Positions 19,145 through 28,155 of a DNA stretch of 32,000 nt are shown one piece after another. Origin of the DNA: Mycolicibacterium smegmatis (GTDB lineage Bacteria > Actinomycetota > Actinomycetes > Mycobacteriales > Mycobacteriaceae); NCBI RefSeq assembly GCF_001457595.1, contig NZ_LN831039.1, positions 1,200,001 to 1,232,000 on the forward strand, read 5' to 3'. The notes under the pieces are model-generated. The model was not told the DNA's origin. It searched no databases and saw only the letters and a program-made list of their open reading frames with translations. Numbering within the stretch: position 1 is the first letter of the stretch; each line of letters starts with the position of its first letter. The position numbers were made by a program, and so were the translations under genes.

Positions 19145-19555
19145 ATGGCTTTGACCTACTTCGCCGTCACCGGCACCCTCCACGCTCTCATCTCCGACTC
19201 CTCCACGGACGACGACGGCAACCCGGATGTCCAGTACATCTCCTGCTTTGTGGACTTCGCTCCCAGTGTGCGGCAAGTCCATTCGTCCACCGACAACATC
19301 GTGTACCGGCTCCAGACGATCCGTGGCCGCACCAGCGTGGACGACGGTGAACTGAAAACCATCGACGGCAACACCCTCACGCTGGTCGCCAACTCTGCCG
19401 CCCTCGACCTGGAGGCCCTGTACTACACGGTCACCTTCTCCAACGTCGTCTACGACGGCAAGCGGGACCAGGTGATCGAAGGGTTCCGGTTCCTCGCCCC
19501 GACCGACGACACGGCCATTGACCTGTCCACGGTCGAAAGGCTGCCTCTGAAGTGA
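19145..19555 (+). CDS. Hypothetical phage tail-associated protein
   Basis: 136 aa MALTYFAVTGTLHALISDSSTDDDGNPDVQYISCFVDFAPSVRQ; in the tail-fibre operon. Confidence 0.5.
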   Translation: MALTYFAVTGTLHALISDSSTDDDGNPDVQYISCFVDFAPSVRQVHSSTDNIVYRLQTIRGRTSVDDGELKTIDGNTLTLVANSAALDLEALYYTVTFSNVVYDGKRDQVIEGFRFLAPTDDTAIDLSTVERLPLK

Positions 19556-20178
19556 GCGTGGCCATCGGCGTTGTCGCCCACTGGAAACGGGCGGACATGG
19601 CCCAGGCCCTCGCCGAACAGGTCTCAGCCTCCTTCGTGTCCGTTGACGATGGCACCCTGGGGGCTGAGGCCAACCACCTACAAGTGTGGAAACACCTGGC
19701 CGACATGGGAACCACCCACTGCTGTGTGCTGGAAGACGACGCCGTCCCGGTTGATGGTTTCCGCGACCAGCTGGACCAGGCCATCGAAGTTGCACCGGCA
19801 CCCGTGGTGTCGCTGTACTTGGGTCGCAGCCGCCCACCGCAGTGGCAGCCCAAGATCTACCGGGCGATAGAGAAGGCTGACGACGACACCTGCTGGATAG
19901 TCGGCACCCATCTCCTCCACGCGGTCGGGGTGGTTATCCCTACCGACTTGGTGCAGTCGATGACCAGCCACCGGACGAACCTGCCCATCGATCAGTCGAT
20001 CTCGCTGTGGGCAAGGGTGCGTGGACACAGGGTGGCGTACACCGTTCCTTCGCTTGTCGATCACCTGGACGGCCCCACTCTGATCCAGCACCCGGACGGG
20101 AAGCCGAGGCCGGCGGGCCGAGTGGCCTGGCAAGTGGGCACCCGAAACAAATGGACCGATAAGGCGGTGAACCTGTAA
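19552..20178 (+). CDS. Glycosyltransferase, GT25-like
   Basis: LGAEANHLQVWKHLADMGTTHCCVLEDDAVPVDGFRDQLDQAIE resembles the GT25 HL-W-LEDDa region; also HAVGVVIPTDLVQSM, LPIDQSISLWAR. Confidence 0.6.
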   Translation: MSVAIGVVAHWKRADMAQALAEQVSASFVSVDDGTLGAEANHLQVWKHLADMGTTHCCVLEDDAVPVDGFRDQLDQAIEVAPAPVVSLYLGRSRPPQWQPKIYRAIEKADDDTCWIVGTHLLHAVGVVIPTDLVQSMTSHRTNLPIDQSISLWARVRGHRVAYTVPSLVDHLDGPTLIQHPDGKPRPAGRVAWQVGTRNKWTDKAVNL

Positions 20179-20429
20179 TGGCGTGGAAAGTTGACGCCCC
20201 CGGTTCTTGCATTTCCCGGCGGACAAAAACAATCGTCATGAAAAGGGACCGCGGCGAATGCCAGCTCGGATATGAAGGCTGCGATGTCACCGTGGGAATC
20301 GAATTCGACCACATTGTCTCCGTGAAGGCGATGAAAATTGCCCGCGTGAACGCTGACGACCCGGAACTCATTCAGCTGGCCTGTGTCCCGTGTCACCGGA
20401 AAAAGGGCTCTTCGCACTTGACGGTGTAG
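20178..20429 (+). pseudogene. HNH endonuclease, 3' end displaced by IS1096-like insertion
   Basis: IVMKRDRGECQLGYEGCDVTVGIEFDHIVSVKAMKI...LIQLACVPCHRKK; IS enters after CHRKK; original tail TQREAWEGRNKWRRKPMPHPGLAK* is found at 22671-22745. Confidence 0.8.
20398..20405. repeat. 8-bp target site duplication GGAAAAAG, left copy (right copy 22663-22670)
   Basis: Exact match immediately outside both terminal inverted repeats. Confidence 0.95.
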
Positions 20430-20469
20430 AGACGATCAGCTGCTTTCGCGCTGTGATCGAGGGGTCTGG

Positions 20470-21222
20470 TTGGCTTGGGGTGTGCCGGAGAAGAAGCGGA
20501 AGAGCAAGAGGAAGAGCGGAGTGTCCGGGGGCAGTGTGGACCTGGCGTTGCTGCAGAAGCTAATGGCCGACGCTGGTCGGAACGTGTTCGCGGGAATGTT
20601 CGATGAGCCGACGCCCGAGGTGCGGGCGGTGCCGGATCGTGCGCGGGGCTTCCGGGTGCGCGTCGACCTGATGTACGCCAAGCCGCCGATCTGGCGTCGG
20701 CTGGACCTGCCGGGCGACCTCATGCTCGATGAGCTCCATGTTGTGCTGCAGGTCGTTATGGGCTGGCAGGACAGTCATCTGCATAAGTTCGGTGTCGGGG
20801 CGGACCGGCGGACCCGTGCCTACTTCGTCACCGGGTTTGATCTCAGCGAAGGCGACGACGGTGTCGTCGAGGACAGCGTGCGCCTCGATCAGGTGGTGTC
20901 CGATAAGGGCGAGCGGTTGTTCTACGATTACGACTTCGGCGACGGATGGGACCACGTGCTCGTGGTCGAAGACGTTTTCGATGATCCGCCCCCGGCTGCG
21001 GTGTGTCTGACGGGAAAGATGGCCTGTCCGCCGGAGGACTGTGGTGGCCTGGGCGGCTATGAGGAGTTGGCTGCGTGGGTTCGCGGCGGGTACGACCCGC
21101 GGGAAACGCCGATGGGACTCGGTGCGCAGGAGATGAGGGACTGGCTGCCCCGGGGCTGGCACCCCGACCGTTTCTCGGTGGCCGAGACCAATGACGCTCT
21201 GGCCGCGTTGAACACGCGTTGA
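20470..21222 (+). CDS. tnpR: IS1096 TnpR/plasmid pRiA4b ORF-3-like protein
   Basis: FRVRVDLMYAKPPIWRRLDLPGDLMLDELHVVLQVVMGWQDSHLHKFGVG, YDYDFGDGWDHVLVVE. Start may be downstream of 20470. Confidence 0.85.
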   Translation: MAWGVPEKKRKSKRKSGVSGGSVDLALLQKLMADAGRNVFAGMFDEPTPEVRAVPDRARGFRVRVDLMYAKPPIWRRLDLPGDLMLDELHVVLQVVMGWQDSHLHKFGVGADRRTRAYFVTGFDLSEGDDGVVEDSVRLDQVVSDKGERLFYDYDFGDGWDHVLVVEDVFDDPPPAAVCLTGKMACPPEDCGGLGGYEELAAWVRGGYDPRETPMGLGAQEMRDWLPRGWHPDRFSVAETNDALAALNTR

Positions 21223-21229
21223 GGATTCT

Positions 21230-22552
21230 TCACCGCCGAGGTTGACGGAGCTGGGTTCGGAAGCCTCCGGTCTCGAGCAGGGACCGGGCGATGTAGTTGG
21301 TGAGGTTGCGGAAGCCCAGGGCGGATCCGCGCAGGTGTTCGAGGCGGCCGTTGATCGCTTCGGTCGGCCCGTTGGAGGTGCCGGGGCGGTCGAAGTAGGC
21401 CAGGACGTCGGCGGCACGCTTCTTCAGTGTCCGCCCGAGGGTGATCAGCTCGGTCAGCGACGTGGGGACGCCTGTGCTCAGCGTGGTGATCAGTGCAGCC
21501 ATCATGGTGCGGCCCTTGGTGCGGTCTGGTTCGCGGTAGGCGGCCACGGTGCGTTGATACATCGCCCAGGTGGCCTCGATCTCGGCGTGCGCGTTGGCGG
21601 CGAACAGTGCGGCCAGTCGGGCTTTCTGGCGGTCGGTGAGCAGGTCGGCCCCGGTGTGCAGGGTGCGTCGCGATCGGTAGAGCGGGTCGGTGCTGCGGCC
21701 GCGGTGCCCGCAGGTGGCCAGCTGCACGCGGCGTCGGCACTCGTCGAGGGCGTTGCCGGCCAGGCGGACCACGTGGAAGGGGTCCATCACCGTGGCCGCG
21801 TCAGGCAGTTCTTCGGTGGCGGCGGTCTTGAACCCGGAGAACCCGTCCATGGCAACAACGTCCACACGATCACGCCACTCCTGTGGCCGCTGTGCCAGCC
21901 AGTCGGCGAACGCCTTCTTGGAGCGGCCCTCCACCATGTCGAGCAGCCGTGCGGGGCCGGTCCCGTCACGCACGGGCGTGAGATCGATGATGACGGTGAC
22001 GTACTTGTCGCCGCGGCGAGTGTGCCGCCACACGTGCTCATCGACGCCGATCACCGCGACGCCATCGAACCGGGCCGGATCGGCGATGAGCACCCGCTGA
22101 CCTTCGGCGAGCACGGCGTTGTTGGCAGTGTTCCACGACACCGCAAGCGCCTCGGCGACCCGGGCCACCGACAGGTGTTGGCAGACAAGGGCTTCCAGCG
22201 CCCACCGCAGAGCACGCCGGGACAGCCTGGCCCGCGGTTCGGCTGCGGCGCTGGCATCCTGGCGCCACACATGAGCGCAGCCGGCGCAACGGTAACGGCG
22301 GATCGTGACCAGCAAAGCCGTGGGTCGCCACCCGAACGGTTCATGAGCCAACGTGCGAGTCACGCTGTCACGTACAACGCCTTCTTCGCCGCAGCGGCGG
22401 CACCACCGATCCTCATCGGCGACCCGGCACGCCAGCACGGCCCGATCAGGGTCGAGGCGTTGGCCGGTCACCTCCAACCCGAGCTCGTCGAGGCGGCAGA
22501 AAGTCGTCAGGTCAGCGCAGGCGAAGCCCGCCCGACCGGTAGCGTCAGGCAC
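21230..22552 (-). CDS. tnpA: ISL3-family transposase
   Basis: Zn-binding CRVADEDRWCRRCGEEG, DEHVWRHTRRGDKYVTVIIDLTPVRDG, VDVVAMDGFSGFKTAATEELPDAATVMDPFHVV, TNGPTEAINGRLEHLRGSALGFRNLTNY. Confidence 0.95.
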   Translation of the reverse strand: MPDATGRAGFACADLTTFCRLDELGLEVTGQRLDPDRAVLACRVADEDRWCRRCGEEGVVRDSVTRTLAHEPFGWRPTALLVTIRRYRCAGCAHVWRQDASAAAEPRARLSRRALRWALEALVCQHLSVARVAEALAVSWNTANNAVLAEGQRVLIADPARFDGVAVIGVDEHVWRHTRRGDKYVTVIIDLTPVRDGTGPARLLDMVEGRSKKAFADWLAQRPQEWRDRVDVVAMDGFSGFKTAATEELPDAATVMDPFHVVRLAGNALDECRRRVQLATCGHRGRSTDPLYRSRRTLHTGADLLTDRQKARLAALFAANAHAEIEATWAMYQRTVAAYREPDRTKGRTMMAALITTLSTGVPTSLTELITLGRTLKKRAADVLAYFDRPGTSNGPTEAINGRLEHLRGSALGFRNLTNYIARSLLETGGFRTQLRQPRR

Positions 22553-22771
22553 GTCGAGGTCTTTCAGATGGATGGCGTAGGAACCTCCATCATCGGAAGA
22601 CCTCGACCCCTATCCCGGCACCGACGCGCCGACGACCTCTACACCCTCAACTGCGAAGAGCCGGAAAAAGACTCAGAGGGAGGCGTGGGAGGGCCGCAAT
22701 AAATGGCGACGGAAACCAATGCCTCACCCTGGTCTTGCGAAATAGCTGAACAGCTGATTTGACGAATTCAA

Positions 22772-22780
22772 TGTTATAAT
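22772..22780 (+). promoter_or_regulatory. Extended -10 promoter element TGTTATAAT
   Basis: Perfect TGn-TATAAT, about 27 bp upstream of ATG 22807, followed by AGGAGAAGG ribosome-binding site. Confidence 0.5.
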
Positions 22781-22806
22781 CAGCAGTAGGAGAAGGTTTT
22801 CTTTCT

Positions 22807-23025
22807 ATGAAATTCACTTGCCTCTGTGGCCACTCAATGGGTGAACATCCCGGTGGGAATTCCTGCCAGGAACCGACCGGCCGCTGCCAATGCCAGCAAG
22901 CCATCTGGCTTTGCCCCAAGTGTCAGCACGCCAAGACCACCCACGAGAACGGTCCCTGTGTCCGCGTTGTTCAACGGACACAAACGCTGTGCCGCTGCGA
23001 GTTCAGCGACTGGCCCACAAGCTAA
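22807..23025 (+). CDS. Small Cys-rich zinc-binding protein
   Basis: CLCGHSMGEHPGGNSCQEPTGRCQCQQAIWLCPKCQHAKTTHENGPC; strong RBS. Confidence 0.65.
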   Translation: MKFTCLCGHSMGEHPGGNSCQEPTGRCQCQQAIWLCPKCQHAKTTHENGPCVRVVQRTQTLCRCEFSDWPTS

Positions 23026-23127
23026 TTGACTCCCCCGCCCGTGCCCTTCTCTCTCCTCCCGGGGGCGGGCCGCGCCGAGACGGGTATCTAGAAGGCGCGG
23101 CCACTTTCACTTCAGGGAAGCCGCCGA

Positions 23128-23304
23128 ATGGAATTGCCAGATGCCCCGGACGGCTTCCACTGGGTCGTGGTGGGGGTACCCACACAGCCATGGGTGTGGG
23201 TCCACGACTTCGTAGCACACTCCACCAAACGCAAAGTCTTGTGGTCCTACAGGGTGCTGGTAGCGACAGCAGGGGACGCCTGGGCGTACATCGATGAGGA
23301 TTGA
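23128..23304 (+). CDS. Hypothetical protein, 58 aa
   Basis: [58 protein letters not shown]; overlaps the GlmU start. Confidence 0.5.
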   Translation: MELPDAPDGFHWVVVGVPTQPWVWVHDFVAHSTKRKVLWSYRVLVATAGDAWAYIDED

Positions 23305-24562
23305 GACAGCTGCCATCGTCTTGGCCGCAGGCGTCGGGACCCGGATGCAATCCAACACCCCGAAGGTGCTCCACCGGCTGGCCGGGAGAACAATCATCTC
23401 CCATGTCCTGCACGCGGTCTCAACGCTTCGAGCCGACCGCCTGATTGTTGTTCTCGGGTACGAGCGGCATCAGATCCTTCCCGAAGTGGAACAGGTAGCA
23501 GCCGAACTTGGCATAGACCTATGGATCACCGTCCAGGAGCAACAACGAGGCACCGGACATGCCGTTTCCTGCGGCCTGACAGCCCTCCCAGACGACTTTC
23601 ACGGCCGAGTGGTGGTAACACCAGGGGACACACCGCTTCTCGCCCCAGAGACGTTCACAGCGTTGATGGACTGTCCCACCAACACGGTGGTGACCACCAC
23701 CCTGAACGACCCCACCGGATACGGCAGGGTCCTGCGGATGCCCGATGCGGACCTGATCGGGATCGTTGAGCACAGCGACGCCAACACCCACCAGCTCACC
23801 ATCCGCGAAGTCAACGCCGGGATCTACAGCTTCGCCCATGACGGACTCCACACCAGCCTGATGCGGCTGCGGGCCGACAACGCCCAGCGGGAACTGTACC
23901 TACCGGATGTGGTTGGCCTCCTCCGCGAAGACGGCCACAACGTTCACACCCTCCAGGTGGAGCCCGATGTGGTTGCGGGGGTGAACGACCGGGCCCAGTT
24001 GGCTGAAGCCGCGAGGATTCTCAACCGCAGGATCGTCACCGCCCACCAGTTGGCCGGCGTCACAATCACCGACCCGGCAACAACGTGGATCGACCTGGAC
24101 GTGAAGATCGGCCGGGACACCATCATCCACCCCAACACCCACATCCACGGGGACACCAGGATCGGGGCGGGCTGCGAGATCGGCCCCTTTGCCTATGTGC
24201 GGCCAGGAACCCACCTCGGGGACGGCAGCAAGGTCGGGGCGTTCGTGGAGGTGAAGAACTCCACCATCGGCACCGGCACCAAGATCCCACACTTGACCTA
24301 CGTGGGGGACGCAGACATCGGGGACCACACCAACATCGGTGCGGGCACAGTTGTCGCGAACTACGACGGCCAAACGAAACACCGGACCACCATCGGATCG
24401 AACGTGAAGGGCGGGGCGGACACCACCTACGTGGCACCAGTCACTGTTGGGGACAACGCCTACACGGGTGCGGGAACCGTGGTCCGAGAAGACATTCCAC
24501 CGGCACACCTGGCGGTATCGGCCGGGAAGCAACGGAACATCGAGAAGAGGAAGACGTGCTGA
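23294..24562 (+). CDS. glmU: Bifunctional GlmU (GlcNAc-1-P uridyltransferase / GlcN-1-P acetyltransferase)
   Basis: [47 protein letters not shown], then LbetaH hexapeptides [84 protein letters not shown]. Confidence 0.92.
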   Translation: MRIETAAIVLAAGVGTRMQSNTPKVLHRLAGRTIISHVLHAVSTLRADRLIVVLGYERHQILPEVEQVAAELGIDLWITVQEQQRGTGHAVSCGLTALPDDFHGRVVVTPGDTPLLAPETFTALMDCPTNTVVTTTLNDPTGYGRVLRMPDADLIGIVEHSDANTHQLTIREVNAGIYSFAHDGLHTSLMRLRADNAQRELYLPDVVGLLREDGHNVHTLQVEPDVVAGVNDRAQLAEAARILNRRIVTAHQLAGVTITDPATTWIDLDVKIGRDTIIHPNTHIHGDTRIGAGCEIGPFAYVRPGTHLGDGSKVGAFVEVKNSTIGTGTKIPHLTYVGDADIGDHTNIGAGTVVANYDGQTKHRTTIGSNVKGGADTTYVAPVTVGDNAYTGAGTVVREDIPPAHLAVSAGKQRNIEKRKTC

Positions 24563-24717
24563 AAGACTTCCTGATGAAGGACGTGATGTCGAGCCCTGTG
24601 TACAAGAGCTTGATCGAGCAAGTGGAGGCTCGCCTCCGTCAGGTGATCCGTGAGGAGCTTGAGCGGGCGGGCCACTGTGGATGCGCGCCTGAAGCGCCGA
24701 GGCCGGGTTGTCACTGA
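24556..24717 (+). CDS. Small hypothetical protein, 53 aa (GTG start overlapping the glmU stop)
   Basis: [53 protein letters not shown]. Confidence 0.4.
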   Translation: MLKDFLMKDVMSSPVYKSLIEQVEARLRQVIREELERAGHCGCAPEAPRPGCH

Positions 24718-25571
24718 TCCGCTGACCGCAGGCGCGCCATCCAGGTGTTGAGCAGCTCGGTGATGAACTGTCGCCCTTCTTCCAGGGACATGGGGTTGTT
24801 TATCTCCGCGGTAGATCTGGCATGGCGGGCCTTCTGAGCAGGCACCGTAAACCGGCTGACACCGTTCTTGCTCACTCCCAGCAGTTCGTGAACTGCGTTC
24901 GGCATGGTCTCGTCCTTCTGGATCGAGTCCCGGACAATCTCGTACACGTCATAGAGTTCACGGAAGGTGATTGGATTGGTCCTCCCGAGGATTCCGAGCG
25001 CTTCAGCAACGTCGGGATGGGATCCGGCCAAGGCGGCACGCCCCGGCCAGGGCGATGGCGGGCCAGGGACCTCTGTGCCGTCTGGTCGTCGCTGAGTAAC
25101 CACCGGGACGCCTCCGCGGAGTTCAAGCAAGGCAGGGCGCGGATATATCACTTCTGATCCACCATCGGTGACCCTGCCACCAAGTTCGACCGGTCGGAAC
25201 CCTCTGTGGTGAAGAGCGGCAAGCCCATTCAGGATCGATAGGACCCGCTGGGCCACCGCGTGCGGGTTCTCGCCGTCCGAAGAGTTCTCGATCTCCGGAG
25301 ACGTCAGATAATACCGGCCATCCTCCAGCACCACCCGCGTGTCCCCGGAGTCGAAGAGAACGGCGAGAACCTGAAGATCTGTTCGGTGACCGTCCAACCA
25401 TACCTTGATCCGTGCAGCATCGTGTGTGGGGTCCATCCACTGATCATCGCTCAGGGGTGCGACATCACGCGGACGGATTGTGGTGTGTTCGGTGCCGAGA
25501 GACGAAATGCCCTCCGCCTCAGCGATCTGGTTTCCCGGAAGGTTCGACAATCTGTGGAGGATCCTCGACAC
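24711..25571 (-). CDS. Hypothetical protein, 286 aa
   Basis: Long minus-strand ORF, coherent protein composition, no family recognised. 53-bp overlap with the upstream ORF suggests the start may be internal. Confidence 0.6.
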   Translation of the reverse strand: MSRILHRLSNLPGNQIAEAEGISSLGTEHTTIRPRDVAPLSDDQWMDPTHDAARIKVWLDGHRTDLQVLAVLFDSGDTRVVLEDGRYYLTSPEIENSSDGENPHAVAQRVLSILNGLAALHHRGFRPVELGGRVTDGGSEVIYPRPALLELRGGVPVVTQRRPDGTEVPGPPSPWPGRAALAGSHPDVAEALGILGRTNPITFRELYDVYEIVRDSIQKDETMPNAVHELLGVSKNGVSRFTVPAQKARHARSTAEINNPMSLEEGRQFITELLNTWMARLRSADQ

Positions 25572-26127
25572 CTTCTATCTCGCCTAGCGGACCAGGAAGA
25601 GGATTGTGTTGCTTCTGCGCCGTTGCCAGCGCCCACCGGACCTCTTCGTCTTTGAACTCCAAGGCACGATTCCGCAGATTGCGCAGGCTCCGAAGGAGCA
25701 CGATCCGAGACCACCACGGGTGCCAAGCCAAACCGGTAAGGACCCCGGCGGCATCACGGACCAATGTGTTGAAGTACCCGTTGATCGGACCCGAGTAACC
25801 CTTCAGGTCGGGAAAGTAATCGACGGCATCCTCACTGAGGCCTCGTGCCGCGTGCGCGAGAACGACATAGTGATGCACGGCTTTGCGCGGAATGCGTGCG
25901 ATCAAGGCCGCGGTTTCCAAGTCGTGGACCGCGGTGATGAAGTCCCTAAAGCCGACGTGATCAGGTTCAGTGGCCCACCGTTGGGATTCGGTCTCGCGGA
26001 GGGCCTTGAGGACTGCACTGCGGACCTCTCGGCGCGAGCGGCCACCGCCAAACCAATTGCCGATCAGCGACGCGACTCCCAGGGCGCCCAGAAGTGGGGC
26101 GTACTGCAATAGGTTCTGTACGTTCAT
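25519..26127 (-). CDS. Hypothetical protein, 202 aa, N-terminal membrane anchor
   Basis: MNVQNLLQYAPLLGALGVASLIGNWFGGG hydrophobic N-terminus then a charged/helical region. Confidence 0.65.
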   Translation of the reverse strand: MNVQNLLQYAPLLGALGVASLIGNWFGGGRSRREVRSAVLKALRETESQRWATEPDHVGFRDFITAVHDLETAALIARIPRKAVHHYVVLAHAARGLSEDAVDYFPDLKGYSGPINGYFNTLVRDAAGVLTGLAWHPWWSRIVLLRSLRNLRNRALEFKDEEVRWALATAQKQHNPLPGPLGEIEGVEDPPQIVEPSGKPDR

Positions 26128-26198
26128 GCCGTGAAGGTATCGCCCGCCGACCCGCTGTCGGTCACCGAGGGCTGAAGAACCACCCCCGATGCGGAAGG

Positions 26199-27092
26199 TC
26201 AGCCCGACATCCGGTCAGCCAGTGGCACAGCGTGGCTGGTCTTATCCGTCCCAGCGATCAAAAAGTCGCCGCGGAACTCGAACGCTTTGAAGTACTCGTG
26301 GTAGTACCGGTTCACCTGCTCAACCAGCTGGAGGTAATCGAAGATGTACCGCCAGAGGAACGAGACATTCTCCTGCGGTGTCAGCTTCACGATGATGGAG
26401 TCGAACTGGCTGAACATGACGAAGTAGCCACGCTGTTCGATTGCAATGATGTAGTTGATCAGCTCGGAGGATAGATGGCCGGAGAATTCCAGAAGCTCGC
26501 GGTTGAGTTTCCGGGACTTCTCTGACGATCTTAGAAGGGCATCTCGGACCGTGGCCGGCCGTTCTGACCCATCGGAATTCACAATCTTCATCTTTACCTG
26601 CGTATTCAGTGAGATGAGGGAGCAGGTCTCAGCCACGTTCTCGGCGGTACAGCGGCGGCCAGTCGGCGCACCGGCCGCCCCGTTCAACAGCCCCATCAGA
26701 GTCACTGCTTCCGCAACGATCTGATTGACGAGCGGCGACAGGTTCTCGTACACGTTCTGTCGATCTCGACGCAGAGGGAGCCGAACTACCAGCAGATAGA
26801 AGACGAACGCTCCGATATAGGCGATGCCCAAGTCGTAGAGGAGGTCGCCCCATTGAGCGCCCATGTGGAAGATGGGCCGCACCTTTGCGAACACAACGTG
26901 CTGAAGGACCGTGTACACGACGAAGAACCCCAACGCGGCCCAGAGGGACCGATTGAGCCGCCGCTCATGGGAACTCAAATACGCGTAGCGGTTCCAGCTG
27001 CGGTAGGCATCCAGCAACGCCCTGAGCTTCAGTTGGCTCTTTCGCACAAGAGCATCCCCCGACTGCGCGATGTCAAAAGCAGAGAAAGACAC
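26199..27092 (-). CDS. Predicted two-helix membrane protein, 297 aa, large cytoplasmic C-terminus
   Basis: LWAALGFFVVYTVLQHVVFA and LLYDLGIAYIGAFVFYLLVV hydrophobic segments; C-terminus YFVMFSQFDSIIVKLTPQENVSFLWRYIFDYLQLVEQVNRYYHEYFKAF. Confidence 0.7.
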   Translation of the reverse strand: MSFSAFDIAQSGDALVRKSQLKLRALLDAYRSWNRYAYLSSHERRLNRSLWAALGFFVVYTVLQHVVFAKVRPIFHMGAQWGDLLYDLGIAYIGAFVFYLLVVRLPLRRDRQNVYENLSPLVNQIVAEAVTLMGLLNGAAGAPTGRRCTAENVAETCSLISLNTQVKMKIVNSDGSERPATVRDALLRSSEKSRKLNRELLEFSGHLSSELINYIIAIEQRGYFVMFSQFDSIIVKLTPQENVSFLWRYIFDYLQLVEQVNRYYHEYFKAFEFRGDFLIAGTDKTSHAVPLADRMSG

Positions 27093-27183
27093 CAGCCATT
27101 ACCCAGGCCTGGGGTGAACCCACACCACCAACAGATAAGGCCCCGCTGATGAAGCCGAGGCCGGCGACTGGCCACGGGTCGCC

Positions 27184-27474
27184 CTACCCCTGACCCGACC
27201 CCTGTCCTTCTTCAGCGATCCCAAAAGCCCTCCGCAGGTTATTGGTGAGGGCGAGACGCTGCTCATCGATTCGACTCACAGCGTCGATCAGCTCCATCTG
27301 CGACAGCGTCAACATCGCAATCCAGTCGCTGTAGTACTTCGCTTCGGACTCCACAGACTTTGGGTCGCCGTTCACGAGCCTGTCCCTCATGTGGTCGACC
27401 AAGGCCTGACCGGCCTTAAACCTGTCTGAGACCGTCAAGCCCTCGACCCACTTGAGATTCGGATCATCCACCAC
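27184..27474 (-). CDS. Small hypothetical protein, 96 aa
   Basis: MVDDPNLKWVEGLTVSDRFKAGQALVDHMRDRLVNGDPKSVESEAKYYSDWIAMLTLSQMELIDAVSRIDEQR; first gene of the minus-strand cassette. Confidence 0.55.
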   Translation of the reverse strand: MVDDPNLKWVEGLTVSDRFKAGQALVDHMRDRLVNGDPKSVESEAKYYSDWIAMLTLSQMELIDAVSRIDEQRLALTNNLRRAFGIAEEGQGSGQG

Positions 27475-27702
27475 AATTTCCCCCTTCAGCGGGTGTTTCC
27501 GTACCGACCAATGTAAGACGCCGCACCCCCCCGCGTCGGCGGAATCGGCGCACTCCCTGACCCGGCAGCTGTGCCGACCCTTGCGAAAGCACCCTGGGGA
27601 CTACCCCCTCCCCCCGGTGCCCGACTCGCCCCGGCCGATATAGCGGCTCTGACAGTGGCGAGAATTCGAACCTTTTCCCAATTGCTCGAAAGGCCGTGAA
27701 CG

Positions 27703-28155
27703 ATGCCCGTGAGGGGAGCGAAACCCAAGGACGGCCTGGTCCGACACCACGATAAGCCCGCCCATGAGTGGGTTGAGATCGAGAACGTCCCGTTTGAGAA
27801 GGCCCCGGAGCTTCCGGCCCGTAGCCCCGCCCGTGAGGTTGTTGACGGCGAGGTGGCCGAGGTTCCTCGGCGGTGGCCCGCTGAGGCGGTGCGGAAGTGG
27901 CGGGCTTGGTCCCGGATGCCTCACTGCGTCATGTGGTCGGAGGCTGATTGGGAGTTCGCGTTCGACAGTCTTGAGGTGGCTGCGTCGTTCATTGAGACGC
28001 GGCGGGCGAGCTTGGCGACTGAGCTTCGCAACCGCGAGAAGGTGCTGGGCACGACCGCTGATTTCCGTCGCGATCTCCGCATCCGCTACGTGGACGTGAA
28101 GGCCCCGGCTGCGTTCATGGCGGTGGGGGATGACTTGCACGAGCTGTATGACTGA
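27703..28155 (+). CDS. Terminase small subunit
   Basis: MPVRGAKPKDGLVRHHDKPAHEWVEIENVPFEKAPELP...WPAEAVRKWRAWSRMPHCVMWSEADWEFAFDS; overlaps the terL start. Confidence 0.75.
   Translation: MPVRGAKPKDGLVRHHDKPAHEWVEIENVPFEKAPELPARSPAREVVDGEVAEVPRRWPAEAVRKWRAWSRMPHCVMWSEADWEFAFDSLEVAASFIETRRASLATELRNREKVLGTTADFRRDLRIRYVDVKAPAAFMAVGDDLHELYD

Larger units (their letters stand above)
20406..22662. mobile_element. IS1096-like insertion sequence (ISL3 family)
   Basis: 26-bp terminal IRs (20406-20431 GGCTCTTCGCACTTGACGGTGTAGAG; 22637-22662 reverse complement, 24/26), divergent transposase and pRiA4b ORF-3-like gene, 8-bp TSD. Confidence 0.92.

Noticed and set aside
21242-22702. 486-aa plus-strand ORF
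   Set aside because: Antisense to the ISL3 transposase and crosses the IS boundary; no coherent domain.
22759-22780. TTGACG as -35 partner of the TATAAT at 22775
   Set aside because: Only 10 bp apart; the extended -10 is a better explanation.
27655-27690. tRNA-like T-arm on the minus strand (GGTTCGAATTCTCGCC)
   Set aside because: T-stem arms do not pair and no acceptor/anticodon stems can be drawn around it.
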